Positions 40,677-52,333 of a stretch of 64,000 bases of DNA are shown here, piece by piece. Position 1 is the stretch's first letter, and the number at the start of each line of letters is the position of its first letter. A model generated the notes under the pieces. The model was not told the DNA's origin, made no database searches, and saw only the letters and a list, made by a program, of their open reading frames with translations. The stretch spans positions 160,001 to 224,000 of the forward strand of contig JBBDRK010000049.1 in assembly GCA_040905465.1 (NCBI GenBank). The letters are read 5' to 3'. A program made the translations under genes and the position numbers. Source of the DNA: Trueperaceae bacterium (GTDB taxonomy: Bacteria; Deinococcota; Deinococci; Deinococcales; Trueperaceae).

Positions 40677-41845
40677 ACGTGGGCGAGCTGCCGGAGATAA
40701 CGGTAATGGGGCTGATGTCGGGCACGTCGGCCGACGGGGTGGATGCAGTAGTTGCAAGGCTGCGGCTGACAGGCGGCCGGCTCGACTGGGAGGTTCTCGA
40801 GCGGCGTTCGGCGCCGTACCAGGCCGAGTTGCGCCAACGCCTGCTGCTTGCACTCAAACCGGAGACGTCCAACGTTTCGCTGATCAGCCAGCTCCACGCC
40901 GAGGTCGGCCACGCCTACGCCGAGTTGGCCGCATCTCTTGCCGAGCAGATGGCGGGAACACATTCGGTCGATCTCATCGCCCTCTCCGGCCAGACGGTGT
41001 ATCACATCCCCCGACCCGATCCGGACAGGGGATGGCGAACAATCTCCACCCTGCAACTGGGCGAGGCGGCGCTCACGGCGGAGCGTTGCGGTGTTCCGGT
41101 GATGTGCGACTTCCGCCAGGGCGACCTGGCCGCCGGCGGCCAGGGAGCGCCGATGGTGTCGTTCGGAGATCTCCTGCTATACGGCGAGCCGGGCGTGAAC
41201 CGCGCGATACACAACCTGGGAGGCATCTCCAACCTCACCTATCTGAGCGCGACCGGTACCGGCGACGACGTCTTCGCCTTCGACACCGGTCCGGCAAACT
41301 GCCTGATGGACGACGCGATGGAACGCTTCACCGGCCGCGGCTTCGACGAGGGCGGCAAGCTTGCGGCGGACGGACACGTGGACCGCCGGCTGCTCGAGCG
41401 CTGGCTCGAGCACCCTTACCTGCGGCTCTCTCCGCCCAAGACCACCGGTCGCGAGGTGTTCGAACTCTCCGGCTTCCTCCCCGAAGACGCCTCCGCGCCC
41501 GAGCCCGCCGACTTGCTGGCCACGCTCTGCGCCTACAGCGCCGAGTCGATCGCGCATGCCTACCGCGACTTCGTGCGGCCGCACGGCCTCGACGAGGTGC
41601 TGCTTGCCGGTGGCGGCGCCCTCAACCCGGCATTGGTCGGAATGCTGCGCGAGCTGCTGCCGGTACCGGTGCGGACCTTCGCGGAGCTCGGTTGGGACGC
41701 ACGCGACCGCGAAGCTCTGGCGTTCGCGGTGATGGCCTACTTTGGCTTCCACGGGCGGGCGAACACCCTGCCGACCGCGACCGGTGCCAGACGCGCCGTG
41801 GTCGCCGGAAAGCTGGTGGATCACCGGCCGCGAGGCCTAGGCTGA
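40673..41845 (+). CDS. anmK: Anhydro-N-acetylmuramic acid kinase
   Basis: GLMSGTSADGVD, GQT, DFRQGDLAAGGQGAP, NLGGISN, FDTGPAN, PKTTGRE, REALAFA; GTGA overlap. Confidence 0.95.
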   Translation: MNVGELPEITVMGLMSGTSADGVDAVVARLRLTGGRLDWEVLERRSAPYQAELRQRLLLALKPETSNVSLISQLHAEVGHAYAELAASLAEQMAGTHSVDLIALSGQTVYHIPRPDPDRGWRTISTLQLGEAALTAERCGVPVMCDFRQGDLAAGGQGAPMVSFGDLLLYGEPGVNRAIHNLGGISNLTYLSATGTGDDVFAFDTGPANCLMDDAMERFTGRGFDEGGKLAADGHVDRRLLERWLEHPYLRLSPPKTTGREVFELSGFLPEDASAPEPADLLATLCAYSAESIAHAYRDFVRPHGLDEVLLAGGGALNPALVGMLRELLPVPVRTFAELGWDARDREALAFAVMAYFGFHGRANTLPTATGARRAVVAGKLVDHRPRGLG

Positions 41846-41856
41846 CAGCTCTGCAT

Positions 41857-41918
41857 TAGACCACTTGTAGACCCCTTGTAAACCGCCCTATCGTCCATTA
41901 TGGTTGAGGCCTATACAA
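41857..41918 (+). promoter_or_regulatory. Candidate GntR operator array (11-bp phased repeats)
   Basis: TAGACCA 41857, TAGACCC 41868, TAAACCG 41879 and in-phase TATACAA 41912. Confidence 0.7.
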
Positions 41919-41944
41919 TCTGCCCCCGCATCACGGAGGTCGTA

Positions 41945-43720
<1,776 letters not shown>

Positions 43721-43735
43721 CAAGCAAGCAACCTC

Positions 43736-43792
43736 CTTCTCGTTTCCCCGGGCGTGTTGTCAACGTTGCAACGCGCCCGGGGAAACGAGAAG
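43736..43792 (+). terminator. Long intra-operon stem-loop (24-bp stem)
   Basis: CTTCTCGTTTCCCCGGGCGTGTTG / CAACGCGCCCGGGGAAACGAGAAG with one G-U pair. Confidence 0.85.
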
Positions 43793-43897
43793 CCCAACTG
43801 CCTGCCGGGTTCGCTGGACCCCGTGGCGGAACCGGAGGCGGGACTCCGGCGCCTCGATTTCATTCGGGGCAGCATGGTGGCCCGGTAATCTGATTCA

Positions 43898-44869
43898 GTG
43901 CTCATCTTCCTGATCCGCAGAATCCTGGTGATGTTGCCGACGCTGCTGCTGGTGTCGGCGGTATCGTTCGCGATCATCCAGATGCAGCCCGGGAGCTTCC
44001 TCGACCGCTTCCTCGAGGATCCACGGATGAGTCCGGCGACGGTGCAGCGCATAAACGTCCAACTGGGGCTGGACAAGCCCGCCTGGGAGCAGTACCTGCG
44101 CTGGGTCGGAGGAATCGTCACCCGCGGCGACTTCGGCTACTCCTTCTTCGCCAACCGGCCGGTAGTGCGCGTGATCGGGGAAGCGCTCGGCTGGACGGTG
44201 GTGGTGGGCCTCATCACCCTGGTGTTCTCGTGGCTGGTTGCCATCCCCCTGGGCATTCTCACCGCGCTGCGGCGAAACGGCTTCACCGACTTCGTCGCCT
44301 CGCTCGTAGGCTACATAGGGCTGGCCGTGCCCGACTTCCTGGTGGCGCTGCTGCTGGTGGCGCTGGTACTCAACACCGGCGGCACCCAGGTCGGCGGACT
44401 CTTCAGCCCTCGCTTCATCGCCGCGCCCTGGAGCCTGGCCAAGCTGCTCGACTTCCTCAACCACATGTGGATTCCGGTACTCGCTATCGGCACCTCGGGC
44501 GTGGCGGTGATCATGCGCCAGATGCGGGCAAACCTGCTCGACGTTCTCACCGCCGACTATGTGCGAACGGCCCGCAGCAAGGGGCTGGCAGAGCGACAGG
44601 TAGTGAACCGGCACGCCGTTCGCACCGCCATCAACCCGCTGGTGTCGATGGCCGGACTGTCGCTCCCCGAGGTGATCAACGGCACCATCATCGTCTCCAT
44701 CGTCCTGAGCCTGCCCACTTTGGGGCCGGTGCTCTACGACTCCCTTCTCGCCAAGGATCAGTACGTGGCGATGACCGTGCTGCTGCTGGCGTCGCTTCTG
44801 CTGATGATCGGCAACCTGCTCGCCGACCTGGCGCTCGCCTGGATCGACCCCCGTATCCGCTATGGCTGA
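43898..44869 (+). CDS. Peptide/nickel-family ABC permease (DppB-like)
   Basis: GDFGYSF, DYVRTARSKGL, DPRIR. Confidence 0.92.
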   Translation: MLIFLIRRILVMLPTLLLVSAVSFAIIQMQPGSFLDRFLEDPRMSPATVQRINVQLGLDKPAWEQYLRWVGGIVTRGDFGYSFFANRPVVRVIGEALGWTVVVGLITLVFSWLVAIPLGILTALRRNGFTDFVASLVGYIGLAVPDFLVALLLVALVLNTGGTQVGGLFSPRFIAAPWSLAKLLDFLNHMWIPVLAIGTSGVAVIMRQMRANLLDVLTADYVRTARSKGLAERQVVNRHAVRTAINPLVSMAGLSLPEVINGTIIVSIVLSLPTLGPVLYDSLLAKDQYVAMTVLLLASLLLMIGNLLADLALAWIDPRIRYG

Positions 44870-45995
44870 ACGAGCTCCCGATCCCCGGCACCGTACCGAA
44901 GCCGGAGGCCTCAAGGGCCCATCGCAGGAACGCTCGTCCGGTTCCCTGGCGATGGCATGGCGACGCTTCCGCCGTTCACCCATGGGCTCGATAGGCTTGC
45001 TCGTCCTGGCCCTCCTCTATCTCATCGCCCTGCTGGCGCCGTTCCTTGCGCCCTACGGCATCACCGTTCAGCACAGCCGCAGCGTCTACCAGCCGCCTCA
45101 GGGAGTGCACTTGTTCCGCGAAGGCAGGCTGGTGCGACCGTTTGCCTACGCGCTCACCCGCGAGCGCGACCCGGTGACGTTCCAACGGGTCTACGTCGCG
45201 GACGAATCGCAGCCCATGCCGATCCGCTTCTTCGTTCGGGGCGAGAGCTACCGCTACTTCGGTATCCGCACCGACCTGCACCTGTTCGGCGTGAACGAAG
45301 GCGATTTCTTTCCGCTCGGGACCGACCGCTTCGGCCGCGACCTGCTTTCACGGATCCTGGTGGGCGCTCAGGTGTCGCTGACAGTCGGACTGCTGGGTAT
45401 CCTCATCTCGTTCACCATCGGAATCCTGGTGGGCGGAGCGAGCGGCTACTACGGGGGACGGATCGACTCGCTGCTGCAGCGCCTGGTGGAAGTCCTGCTG
45501 TCGTTTCCCCGCCTGCCCATCCTGCTGGCGCTGGCCACGGTGATCCCGGCCAGTTGGCCGTCCACCTGGGTATACGTGGGGATAGTCGCGGTGTTGTCGC
45601 TGATCGGCTGGGCCGGACTGGCGCGGGTGGTACGCGGCCAGGTGCTGGCCGTTCGCCAGATCGAATACGTCCACGCCGCCAGGTCGCTGGGTGCAGGCGA
45701 CCTCAGGATAATCACCCGGCACGTGCTCCCCAACCTCACCTCGTACCTGGTGGTTGCCGCCACCCTGGCGCTGCCCGGTTACATCCTGGGCGAGAGCGCC
45801 CTGTCGTTCCTCGGGCTCGGCATCAAGGAGCCCATGACCTCGTGGGGGCTGCTGCTCAAGGACGCCCAGAACTTCGAAGCGCTGCGTCTGTACCCATGGT
45901 TGCTCACCCCAGGTGCGATGATCGTGCTGTCGGTGCTGGCGTTCAACTTCGTCGGCGATGCACTTCGCGACGCCGCCGACGTTCGCACTCGCTGA
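44862..45995 (+). CDS. Peptide/nickel-family ABC permease (DppC-like)
   Basis: LGTDRFGRD, AARSLGA, ESALSFLGLG, SWG, GDALRD. Confidence 0.92.
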   Translation: MAERAPDPRHRTEAGGLKGPSQERSSGSLAMAWRRFRRSPMGSIGLLVLALLYLIALLAPFLAPYGITVQHSRSVYQPPQGVHLFREGRLVRPFAYALTRERDPVTFQRVYVADESQPMPIRFFVRGESYRYFGIRTDLHLFGVNEGDFFPLGTDRFGRDLLSRILVGAQVSLTVGLLGILISFTIGILVGGASGYYGGRIDSLLQRLVEVLLSFPRLPILLALATVIPASWPSTWVYVGIVAVLSLIGWAGLARVVRGQVLAVRQIEYVHAARSLGAGDLRIITRHVLPNLTSYLVVAATLALPGYILGESALSFLGLGIKEPMTSWGLLLKDAQNFEALRLYPWLLTPGAMIVLSVLAFNFVGDALRDAADVRTR

Positions 45996-46002
45996 ACCGT
46001 CC

Positions 46003-46476
46003 TCACTCGCGAGCAGGGGCCTCGAATCTTCGTTCGGGCGCCTTCCGCTCGCTCACCGTCGCTCCCTTGCCGACGCGGTCGGGGTATACGAAGCCGATGA
46101 GCCACAAGAGCCACAGGGCGAGCACCCGCATCGGTCGCAAGAGCAGCACGGCAGCGACTACCCCGACCCCCACGAGGACCCAGGTCACTCCGGGGAAGAA
46201 GCCGAAGCGGAGGATGAGGGCCAGTGCCACGAGAAAAGTGGCCAGGCTGGCGACGAAGAAGCTCAGCGAGATCGAGATGAGTTCGTTCCCTTCGAGCCGC
46301 TTGAAGCGCGAGCCGCATTTCGAGCACTGGTCGCGCACGCCGACCCAGCCTCTGGTCACCTTCGAGCCGCCGCAAGCCGGGCAGCGGAGCCCGAAGTTGG
46401 TCGTGAAGAAACGGCGGAAGGCCAAGCCGGCGTCGTCGACCGGCACCTCTCGGTAGAAGACCTGCATTTCCGTCAC
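46003..46476 (-). CDS. DUF983-like membrane protein with two CxxC motifs
   Basis: LRCPACG..CSKCG followed by two or three hydrophobic segments. Confidence 0.7.
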   Translation of the reverse strand: MTEMQVFYREVPVDDAGLAFRRFFTTNFGLRCPACGGSKVTRGWVGVRDQCSKCGSRFKRLEGNELISISLSFFVASLATFLVALALILRFGFFPGVTWVLVGVGVVAAVLLLRPMRVLALWLLWLIGFVYPDRVGKGATVSERKAPERRFEAPARE

Positions 46477-46550
46477 CCGGCGTCTGCCACGCGATCACTA
46501 TAATGCCGGGTCGATACAATGCCCTGCGGCTGGAGGACGATGATGACAAG

Positions 46551-48143
46551 ATGATCGGCGATTCGGGCAACCTCGCGCGCCTGCAGATGATCGACCTCTC
46601 GGGCCAGCAGCTCACGCCCGACGAACGCGCGTTCCTGAGCGAACGCCGCCCCGGCGGCGTGTGCCTGTTCGGCCGCAATGTGGCCGACCGGTTCCAGGTG
46701 GCCGAACTGGTGGCCGAATTGCGCTCGCTGGCCGGCCCGGACCTGCTGGTTGCGGCCGACCAGGAGGGCGGCGGTGTGATCCGTCTTTCCGACCTGCCCT
46801 ATCCTCCGGGCGCCATGGCCTTGGGCGCCGCCGACGACCCGCTTCTCACCAGGCAGGTTGCCGCCGCCACCGGCCGCGGACTGCGCGCGCTGGGGATAAA
46901 CGTCGACTTCGCGCCGGTCGCCGACGTCAACTCCAATCCGGCCAACCCGGTTATCGCCGATCGCTCGTTCGGTGCCGATCCCGAACATGTCGCCAGGCAC
47001 GTGGTGGCGTTCGTGCACGGGCTGCAGGAAACGGGGGTAGCCGCCACGGTAAAGCACTTTCCCGGGCACGGGGACGTTGCGCGCGACTCTCATCTGGAAC
47101 TGCAGACGCTCGCCCGCTCGGCCCAGATGCTGGAGCGGCTCGAGCTCCCGCCGTTCCTGGCAGCGATCGCAACCGGCGTCGCCGCGGTTATGAGCGCCCA
47201 CATCGTCCTCTCGGCCATCGACCCGGAAGCGCCCGCCACGCTCTCGGCGCCGGTTCTCACCGGCCTGCTCCGTGACCGGCTCGGATTCTCAGGGGTCGTC
47301 TTTACCGACGCGCTCGACATGCGCGCCGTCGCCGCCAACTGGGGAGCGGCGGAAGCGTCCGTGCGAGCACTGGCCGCCGGGGCCGACATGCCCGTTCACG
47401 TGGGGCCGGTGCGAGAACACGAGGAGGTGGCGAGCGGGCTCGAGCGCGCGCTGGCGGAGGGGCGGCTCGACGGCGCCGCACTGGCCGCGTCCAGCGAGCG
47501 CCTGGCCCGACTCTCGAACGCATATCCCGCTCGCCCCGACGTCGGAAGCGCATGGCGTGACGGCGACGATCGTTTGCTGGACGAGGCTGCGCGCCGCTCG
47601 TTGCTCCTTCTGGGAAGGCTGCCCCGGATGGTGCCGGGCTCACGGGTGCTGCTGGTTGCGGCGGAGGCGGTACGTCAGAGCGCGGCCACTCAGGCCACGG
47701 TCCGACCCGCCGGCTACCTGGCGGAAGCGCTTCGGGAGCAAGGCGTGACCGTCGAGGAGCTCGAGTATTCACCCGCGGACGCGCTGGCCGTTGCCCAGCA
47801 GGCGCGAGCTGCCGCGCGGGGGTGCGACGTGGTGATCTTCGCTTCCAGCAGCCGGACGGCGCTGACCGCTGACGAGCGCGAACTCGGCAGGCGGGTAGCG
47901 GCCTCGGCCGGAACCGTGGGGAACGAGACAGAAGGGGTCAAGCCGCCCAATGCGGCCACGGCCGGCTTCGTGCATGTTGCCCTGTGGAACCCGTACAGTG
48001 TGGCGGAACTGCCCGGGCCGGCGCTGGTTTCGTTCGGCTGGCGCGAACGCTCGGCACGTGCCGTGGCGTCCGCCCTGACCGGCGGCCCGGTCACCGGCCG
48101 AGCCCCTGTGCCCCTTCGCACTTTCGACGACATCGAGCGCTGA
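46551..48143 (+). CDS. nagZ: Beta-N-acetylhexosaminidase (GH3)
   Basis: LFGRN, ADQEGG, DFAPVAD, DRSFG, KHFPGHG..DSH, MSAH, TDALDM; second domain with NPY. Confidence 0.93.
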   Translation: MIGDSGNLARLQMIDLSGQQLTPDERAFLSERRPGGVCLFGRNVADRFQVAELVAELRSLAGPDLLVAADQEGGGVIRLSDLPYPPGAMALGAADDPLLTRQVAAATGRGLRALGINVDFAPVADVNSNPANPVIADRSFGADPEHVARHVVAFVHGLQETGVAATVKHFPGHGDVARDSHLELQTLARSAQMLERLELPPFLAAIATGVAAVMSAHIVLSAIDPEAPATLSAPVLTGLLRDRLGFSGVVFTDALDMRAVAANWGAAEASVRALAAGADMPVHVGPVREHEEVASGLERALAEGRLDGAALAASSERLARLSNAYPARPDVGSAWRDGDDRLLDEAARRSLLLLGRLPRMVPGSRVLLVAAEAVRQSAATQATVRPAGYLAEALREQGVTVEELEYSPADALAVAQQARAAARGCDVVIFASSSRTALTADERELGRRVAASAGTVGNETEGVKPPNAATAGFVHVALWNPYSVAELPGPALVSFGWRERSARAVASALTGGPVTGRAPVPLRTFDDIER

Positions 48144-48294
48144 TCGCCACGGACAGCAGCGCAGACAGTAAGGCACGCAAGGGTGGCGTCCTGGCGGGCA
48201 AGGTAGCATTGCCGGCGGGCCGGTGGCGGGGTTTTTCCGAACGGCCGGCGGCGGCAGGCACGGCAGGCGATGGACCGCCGCGAGATTGGAACCG

Positions 48295-49887
48295 ATGTTC
48301 GAGCAATACGAGCTTGACGAGCGCGTGATAAACGCGCTCAGGGACAGAAATATCACCGACCCTACGCCGGTGCAGGCGGCAGCCTTGCCGCACGCGCTGG
48401 ATGGGGGCGACGTACTGGGCCAGGCGCGAACCGGCACCGGCAAGACGCTGGCGTTCGCCTTGCCGATCTCCCAGCGGCTGCAGCCCGACAATAGCCGCGG
48501 CCGCGCACCGCGTGCATTCGTGCTTGCCCCGACCCGTGAGCTGGCCCTGCAGGTAGCTGGCGAGCTCGGCTGGGTGGCACCGCACCTGAACGTGACGACG
48601 GTGTACGGCGGCACCGGCTACGGCACCCAGGCCAGCAGCCTCAAACGCGGCACCGACGTGGTGGTGGCAACGCCGGGGCGGGCGATCGATTACCTCGATC
48701 GCGGCGTGCTCGACCTGTCCGCCGTGGAGATCGCCGTTCTGGACGAAGCCGACGAGATGCTGTCGATGGGCTTCGAGGAGGACGTCGAGAAACTGCTGGG
48801 AGCAACTCCGTCCGAGCGGCAGACGCTGCTCTTCTCGGCTACCCTGCCGACCTGGGCCAAGCGGCTCTCCGAGAGGCACCTGCATGAGCCGCTGACGGTG
48901 AACGTGGTTCGCGAAGAAGCGGTCGGCTACCACGAGCTCGCCATCGAGACGTCTTTGGGGAGCCGCACCACGGTGCTGGCCGACGTGCTCCACGCCCACG
49001 GTGGCGCACGCTCGATAGTCTTCTCACACACCAAGGCCGAGACCGACAAGCTCGCCCAGGCCCTGACGCAAGCAGGAATTCCGGCCGAGGCCATACACGG
49101 CGACCTCAACCAGGCGCAACGGGAGCGCGCGGTGGAGCGACTCCGTTCCGGAAACGTCAAGGTCCTGGTGGGGACCGACGTCGCAGCCCGTGGGCTCGAC
49201 ATCCCCGCCGTCGACCTGGTAGTGCACTTTCGGCTGCCGACCGACCCGTCGAGTTATCAGCACCGTTCCGGAAGAACCGGCAGGGCCGGCCGGAGCGGCA
49301 AGGTGGTCGTCTTCCATGGACCCCGCGAGCGCAGCGCGCTCGGCAGGCTCGAGCGAGCCATAAAGCGTCGCTTCGACCACGTTCAGCCGCCCCGCCCGGA
49401 GGAGGTCCAGGACGCCAAGCTCGAGGGGTTGCTCGCCCAAATCGACGAGCAACCCGAGGCGGACCGAGACGCCTGGCGCGGTGTCGCCCAGCGCTGGCTC
49501 GAGCAGAGGAACGAGAAGGCGTTGGCCGGCCTGCTGGCGCTCGCCCTGGGCGGCAAGCCTGCCGGCCGGAGCCTGCTCACCGGCGAGGAAGGGTGGGTCA
49601 CGCTGCAGATCAAGGGGGCGCCGTTGCGCGTTCCGCAGGTGATGAGGCTCCTCAAGGAGACCGGCGCCAAGGAGGTCGGACGGATCGTCGAAGCGGGTCC
49701 GGCCGGCGCGCTCGCCGACGTGCGCCCGGAGGATGAGGCCAGGCTGGTAGGTGCCGCGACCGCCGGATTCGACATCGTGAAGGCCACCCACGTGCCGCGC
49801 CAGGCGGAAGGCGATCGCGGCGGCGGGCGCTCCCGGGACCGCAAGGACGGGCGCGGAGCCCGGGCGTCCGGCGGTTCGCGCCGCTGA
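48295..49887 (+). CDS. DEAD-box RNA helicase (Thermus Hera-like)
   Basis: PTPVQ, GTGKT, PTRELA, TPGR, DEAD, SAT, HGD, ARGLD, HRSGRTGR; C-terminal RSLLTGEEGW as in Hera. Confidence 0.95.
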   Translation: MFEQYELDERVINALRDRNITDPTPVQAAALPHALDGGDVLGQARTGTGKTLAFALPISQRLQPDNSRGRAPRAFVLAPTRELALQVAGELGWVAPHLNVTTVYGGTGYGTQASSLKRGTDVVVATPGRAIDYLDRGVLDLSAVEIAVLDEADEMLSMGFEEDVEKLLGATPSERQTLLFSATLPTWAKRLSERHLHEPLTVNVVREEAVGYHELAIETSLGSRTTVLADVLHAHGGARSIVFSHTKAETDKLAQALTQAGIPAEAIHGDLNQAQRERAVERLRSGNVKVLVGTDVAARGLDIPAVDLVVHFRLPTDPSSYQHRSGRTGRAGRSGKVVVFHGPRERSALGRLERAIKRRFDHVQPPRPEEVQDAKLEGLLAQIDEQPEADRDAWRGVAQRWLEQRNEKALAGLLALALGGKPAGRSLLTGEEGWVTLQIKGAPLRVPQVMRLLKETGAKEVGRIVEAGPAGALADVRPEDEARLVGAATAGFDIVKATHVPRQAEGDRGGGRSRDRKDGRGARASGGSRR

Positions 49888-49909
49888 GAGAGTGCCTTAA
49901 CGCGACAAC

Positions 49910-49946
49910 GACGTGAAGCGAAGCCATAGCAGCCTCGCTTCACGTC
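49910..49946. terminator. Hairpin between the convergent helicase and regulator genes
   Basis: GACGTGAAGCGA / TCGCTTCACGTC 12-bp stem. Confidence 0.7.
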
Positions 49947-50055
49947 CGCCCCCCGGCGTCCGGCCCGTGATCGGGCCGCCCCGATTAAACCCCGATGCAC
50001 CCGACGCCCGTAGTGGCGCCCGTACCGCACCCGCTGGTATTGAAGTACTGGTCGA

Positions 50056-51225
50056 CTAGAGTCCAAGCCCCCGCTCGCGTGCCCAGACCACCGCCTCGAC
50101 CCGCGACCTGACATCGATCTTCTCGTACACCGAGGTGATGTAGTTGCGGACCGTCTGTGCTGCTATTCCAAGCTCGGACGCGATCTCGGCGTTGCTGCGC
50201 CCCCTCGCCACACGCTCCAGCACCTGACGCTCGCGCCGGGTGAGCTCGGCGACCCGGGTGGTGTCCACCGTACCGGCACGAATCTCCGCGAGCCGCTCCA
50301 CCACCGAGCGCGAGAACCAGCTCGCGTCCTGCATCACGTCCTGGATCGCCTGCATCAGCTCGTCCTCGCTCCGCTTGCGCTCGGTTATGTCGAAGAACAT
50401 CACCAGGCTGCCGTGTTTGCCGTTGAGAGGAACCGGCACCTCGGACGCGAGGACGGTACGGGTCTCGCCGGCCTTGGTGCGAAGTTCCAGTTCCTCATTG
50501 CGAAAGCCGTCTCTACCCGCGCCCATCTGCTCGATCCGGGCGGTGGTCTCCGCCGAGTACCGGTTCGCAACGTTCTCGATCGTCCCGCCGGCCACCTCGT
50601 CGGGAAGATATCCCGTCAGGCTGCAGAAGGCGTCGTTCACCTCGAGCACCCTCCCGTCTCCGGAGCCGATCACCACCGCAGCAAAGGGGCCGGCTCGGAA
50701 GATCGACGCGAACAGCGCCTCGCCCCGGCGCAACTCCTCCACCGTCTCGCGCAGCTCGGTAGTTCGCTCCTCCACCCGCCGCTCGAGCTCGGCATGGGCA
50801 CGCTGGAGCGCATCTTCCGCCTCCTTCTGGGCCGTGTTGTCACGTAGCACCTTCACATAGCCGATCACCTTGCCATGTGGATCGCCGAGCGCCGTCAGCA
50901 CGCCGTTCGCCCAAAAACGGCTGCCGTCCTTGCGCAGGTGCCAGCGGTTATCGGCCGCCATGCCCTCGCGCGCCGCCGCCTCCATCTCCCTTTCGGGAAC
51001 GCCCTCCTCGACGTCTTCGGGAACGAACACGGTGTTTCCCGACAGCCCCACGAACTCCGACCGGCTGAACCCGAACACCTGCTCGACGCCGCGATTCCAC
51101 GAGGCGACTATGTTGTTGGGCATGAGCAGGAAGATGGCGTACTCGCGTACGCTTTCCAACACCTCTCTATAGCTCGGATATGGTGCGAACGGGATCTCAT
51201 CGGCGTTCCTGTGGTCGCGACCCAT
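50056..51225 (-). CDS. PAS-PAS-LuxR HTH one-component regulator
   Basis: SWNRG..RKDGSRFWA..RDNT; second PAS EVNDAF..DITERK; LTRRERQVL..GRSNAEIA..TVRNY. Confidence 0.9.
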   Translation of the reverse strand: MGRDHRNADEIPFAPYPSYREVLESVREYAIFLLMPNNIVASWNRGVEQVFGFSRSEFVGLSGNTVFVPEDVEEGVPEREMEAAAREGMAADNRWHLRKDGSRFWANGVLTALGDPHGKVIGYVKVLRDNTAQKEAEDALQRAHAELERRVEERTTELRETVEELRRGEALFASIFRAGPFAAVVIGSGDGRVLEVNDAFCSLTGYLPDEVAGGTIENVANRYSAETTARIEQMGAGRDGFRNEELELRTKAGETRTVLASEVPVPLNGKHGSLVMFFDITERKRSEDELMQAIQDVMQDASWFSRSVVERLAEIRAGTVDTTRVAELTRRERQVLERVARGRSNAEIASELGIAAQTVRNYITSVYEKIDVRSRVEAVVWARERGLGL

Positions 51226-51282
51226 GGCAGCGAGAGTAGCCGTCCTGCGCGGCGGTGAAAGTGGTTCCGGGTTAAGAGTCGA

Positions 51283-52302
51283 TCAGAACCCGCCACCCTC
51301 CTCCACGAAGCTCAGCGCCTCGTCCTCGAACGCCATGAAGTTGGCGCAACCGTGACGGGTGACCACGATCGCCCCGCAGGCGTTGCCCATGCGCGCGCTG
51401 CGATACCAGTCCCAGCCGTTCAGCCTGCCGTAGATCAGCCCGCCGGCGAAGGCGTCACCGGCACCCAGGACGTTCTGCACCTCGACCGGAAACCCCGGCA
51501 CGCGCAACACGTCCTCGCCGCGCCGGTGAACGGTAGCGCCGGCCGAACCGCGTTTCGCAACCACGACCTCGGGTCCGGCGGTGAGCGCCAGAAGCGCCTC
51601 GATGTTGGCCTCCACGTCTCCGCCGATCTCCGGCGCCGACACCTGTTGATCGACCACCCGGAGTTGTGCCGGGTCCGTGAGCATGGCCGCGTTGATCTCC
51701 TCCTCGGTGCCGATGGCCACATCCACGTTGCGCAGCAGCGCCCGGACGTTCACTCCGTAGGCGCGCGCGTCGTGCCACTGGTCGGCACGAAAATCGAGGT
51801 CCATGAACACCGTGGCGCCCGACTCACGGGCTCGCTCGGCGGCGAGGAAGGTAGCGCTGCGGCTGGGCTCGCGACTGAGGCCGGTTCCCGAGATCTCGAT
51901 GGCGCGCGCTCCCGCCAGCGGCAGGGCCAGCACATCGTCGATGTCGATCTGCATGTCGGCGGCGTTCTCCCGGTAGAACACCAGCGGGAACCGGTCGGGA
52001 GGCTCGATTCCCAGCAATACCGCGCTGCTCCGGGCTTCTGGTTTGCGCGCGACAAAGGAAGTATCGACGCCCTCGTCGGCCAGGAACCGGAGGATGAACG
52101 AACCCACCTTGTCGTCACCCACCGCCGTCAACAGCGCGACGTTCAAGCCAAGGCGCCGGGCGGCCACCGCGATGTTGGTGGGGCTCCCTCCCACATAGGC
52201 GGCGAAGCTCTCGATCTCCTCGAACGGTCGGCCGATTTCATTCGCGTAGAGATCTATCGACGAGCGGCCGATGGTTATCAGGTCGAACGAGGGCTCGCTC
52301 AC
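51283..52302 (-). CDS. iolC: 5-dehydro-2-deoxygluconokinase
   Basis: IGRSSIDLY, GGSPTN, FYRENAAD, DLDFR, GTEEE, GAGDAF; iol context. Confidence 0.92.
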   Translation of the reverse strand: MSEPSFDLITIGRSSIDLYANEIGRPFEEIESFAAYVGGSPTNIAVAARRLGLNVALLTAVGDDKVGSFILRFLADEGVDTSFVARKPEARSSAVLLGIEPPDRFPLVFYRENAADMQIDIDDVLALPLAGARAIEISGTGLSREPSRSATFLAAERARESGATVFMDLDFRADQWHDARAYGVNVRALLRNVDVAIGTEEEINAAMLTDPAQLRVVDQQVSAPEIGGDVEANIEALLALTAGPEVVVAKRGSAGATVHRRGEDVLRVPGFPVEVQNVLGAGDAFAGGLIYGRLNGWDWYRSARMGNACGAIVVTRHGCANFMAFEDEALSFVEEGGGF

Positions 52303-52333
52303 TCGCTCATCCGTTCGCCGGCGGGCAGCCGCA

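Noticed and set aside
39353-41845. Apparent 830-aa AnmK fusion
   Set aside because: The N-terminal 440 codons are an Arg-rich alternative frame over the serine hydrolase gene; AnmK most likely starts at the GTGA overlap at 40673.
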